Shown piece by piece: positions 5,782-7,322 of a stretch of 7,322 bases of DNA; the first letter of the stretch is position 1, and each line of letters starts with the position of its first letter. Under the pieces are notes generated by a model. The model did no database searches, was not told where the DNA came from, and saw only the letters and a program-made list of their open reading frames with translations. The DNA lies in contig NW_021828923.1 of the NCBI RefSeq assembly GCF_006345805.1, positions 1-7,322 of the forward strand. Reading direction: 5' to 3'. The DNA comes from Octopus sinensis (taxonomy: Eukaryota). The position numbers and the translations under genes are program-made.

Positions 5782-7244
5782 AGTGAAAGGCATAACCCAG
5801 ATTGATTCAGTGCTGGGCTCTCAGAGTTGGAACCAGTTATCGAAACAAAGCGCGTAGTTCTGATGCAATACAAGAGTGATTCTTCTACAAAGACACTCGA
5901 AAAACTCAGAAAGGCAAGAAGTAAAACCCAAGTGACTACCAGACGCTATGCAAATAGGTATTGGCAGGAAACGTGTCAGAGTATCCAGTCAGCCGCTGAC
6001 AGTGGCGACACCCGTGGAATGTATGCTGGTTTGAAGAAGGCCCTGTGTCCATCCGCAACCAAGTCAGCCTCTCTGAAATCAACTACTGGAGATCTCATCA
6101 AAGACCAAAGCAAGCAAACAGATAGATGGGTGGAGTACTACCAGGATCTTCACTCACGGGAGACCACGGTCGCTGAAGCTGCAATCGAGTGTGCCAAGAT
6201 CTTGCCAGCTATGTGCGAACTTGACAGTCTGCCGTCCATGGCAGAGCTCACAAAGGCTATTGGCTCCCTAACCAGTGGTAAGGCCCCGGGAAAAGACGGC
6301 ATCCCCTCAGAGATCATCAAAGCCGGCAAAAACACCGCCCTGCTTCAGAGCCTTCATGAGCTTCTATGTCTGCTGGAAAGAGGGTACAGTCCCTCAGTAT
6401 ATGCGGGATGCTAATATCATTATGCTTTACAAAAACAAAGGTGACCCTGGTGATTGCAACAATTGCCGTGGAGTATATTTTCTCAGCACTTGGAGAGACC
6501 TTTGCCTGCATAATCCTGTTCAGGCTACAACTGCTTGCTTCTCGAATTTATCCAGAATCGCAGTATGGCTTTAGAAGAAGCGGATCAACTATTGGCTTGA
6601 TATTCTCCATACGCCAACTTCAGGAGAAGTCCTGAGAGCAGAAAATGCCATTATGTATGGCCTTCATTGATCTGACAAAGGCCTGTGTACTTAGCACTCT
6701 GTTGTTTGGCAGTGAGACCTGGACGCCATGCACACGCCAAGAGCGTCCCTTAAATATTTTTCACTTGCGCTGCCTCCGGAAAATCCTTGGCATCTAATGG
6801 CAGGATCGAGTCCCCAACAAAGCAGGAATACCAAGCATGTTTGCACTCCTCACGCAAAGGCGTATGAGATGGCTTGGACATGTTAGTCGTATGGAAGATG
6901 GCAGAATCCCCAAGGACATACTCTACGGAGAGCTTGTTAGGGGCACTAGGTCTGTTGGAAGACCGTTCTTACGGTACAAGGATGTCTGCAAAAGGGAGAT
7001 GAAGGCCTGCGACATCAATATCAGCAACCGGGAAGCGGTTGCCAGCAACTCTGTGGACATTGGCGACGCACCATAGAAGAGGGAACACAAAGGAGTGACA
7101 GGGGGAGAGAGGAGAAATGGAAAGACAAGACGACAACAAGAAAGTATATTACAACCAGCCAGGCAAAGTCTTCGCTACACCTACGTCACCTGCCAGAGGG
7201 AGTGTTTGTCCAGGATAGTACCACACACCCACAGCAGGAGATGA
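5782..7244 (+). pseudogene. Linker, N-terminal RT and C-terminal domain of the RTE ORF; RT core deleted at 6683/6684; several frameshifts and stops
   Basis: Track ORFs 5827-6414, 6275-6574, 6366-6635 and 6837-7076 are consecutive frameshifted pieces of one ORF. In-frame stops occur at 5803-5805, 6633-6635 and 6795-6797, and there is no YADD motif. Confidence 0.88.
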
Positions 7245-7322
7245 AAATGACATGAAATGTAAAAACCAGATTGGATTATTTTATGCGCAACTCCATTGTC
7301 CCCCGAGACAAAAGGATGCCAA

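Larger units (their letters stand above)
5317..7322 (+). mobile_element. RTE-clade non-LTR retrotransposon (LINE), 5'-truncated, internally deleted and inactive; extends to its 3' terminus at the window edge
   Basis: APE motifs HGVGFAV, SIYAP, FYKDL, LLGDFNARVG (GDFN at 5562-5573), ITNTFF and HPR..HQLDLVI. Linker NPD(W>stop)F. Pre-RT/RT motifs KAPGKDGIPSEIIK, YKNKGD..DCNN.RG, PESQYGFRR..ST..LIF.IRQLQEK and AFIDLTKA. RTE C-terminal motifs LLFGSETW, RWLGHV.RM.D.RIPK.ILYGEL and RGTR.VGRP..RYKD, plus a degenerate C..C.SRI..H.H.R motif at ~7176-7244. 3' end CCATTGTC..CCGAGACAAAAGGATGCCAA. Confidence 0.93.

Noticed and set aside
5559-6511. Minus-strand ORFs 5559-5873, 6150-6335 and 6317-6511
   Set aside because: Antisense shadows of the RTE ORF.

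Overview
Repeat-rich, AT-rich eukaryotic non-coding DNA with no intact protein-coding gene. The SINE families and microsatellite density suggest a coleoid cephalopod such as Octopus; this comes from recall of those SINE consensus sequences, not a search. From left to right: a frameshifted L1/Tx1-type LINE ORF2 fragment (minus, 1-248) abutting a (GATA)n array; a 324-bp insert bounded by a perfect 28-bp direct repeat (1152-1179 / 1504-1531); three tRNA-derived SINE pieces; many di- and tetranucleotide microsatellites; a possible hAT-type terminal repeat; and a 5'-truncated, multiply deleted RTE-clade LINE (plus, 5317-7322) running to its 3' terminus. The best observation is a type I hammerhead ribozyme fold on the minus strand of the insert (1357-1415). 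It has a non-canonical but compensatory core (UUGACAA, i.e. U3-A8 in place of C3-G8) and a minimal, self-complementary helix III. This suggests a retrozyme-like or Penelope-associated small self-cleaving RNA element. Most ORFs in the supplied track are microsatellite artefacts.
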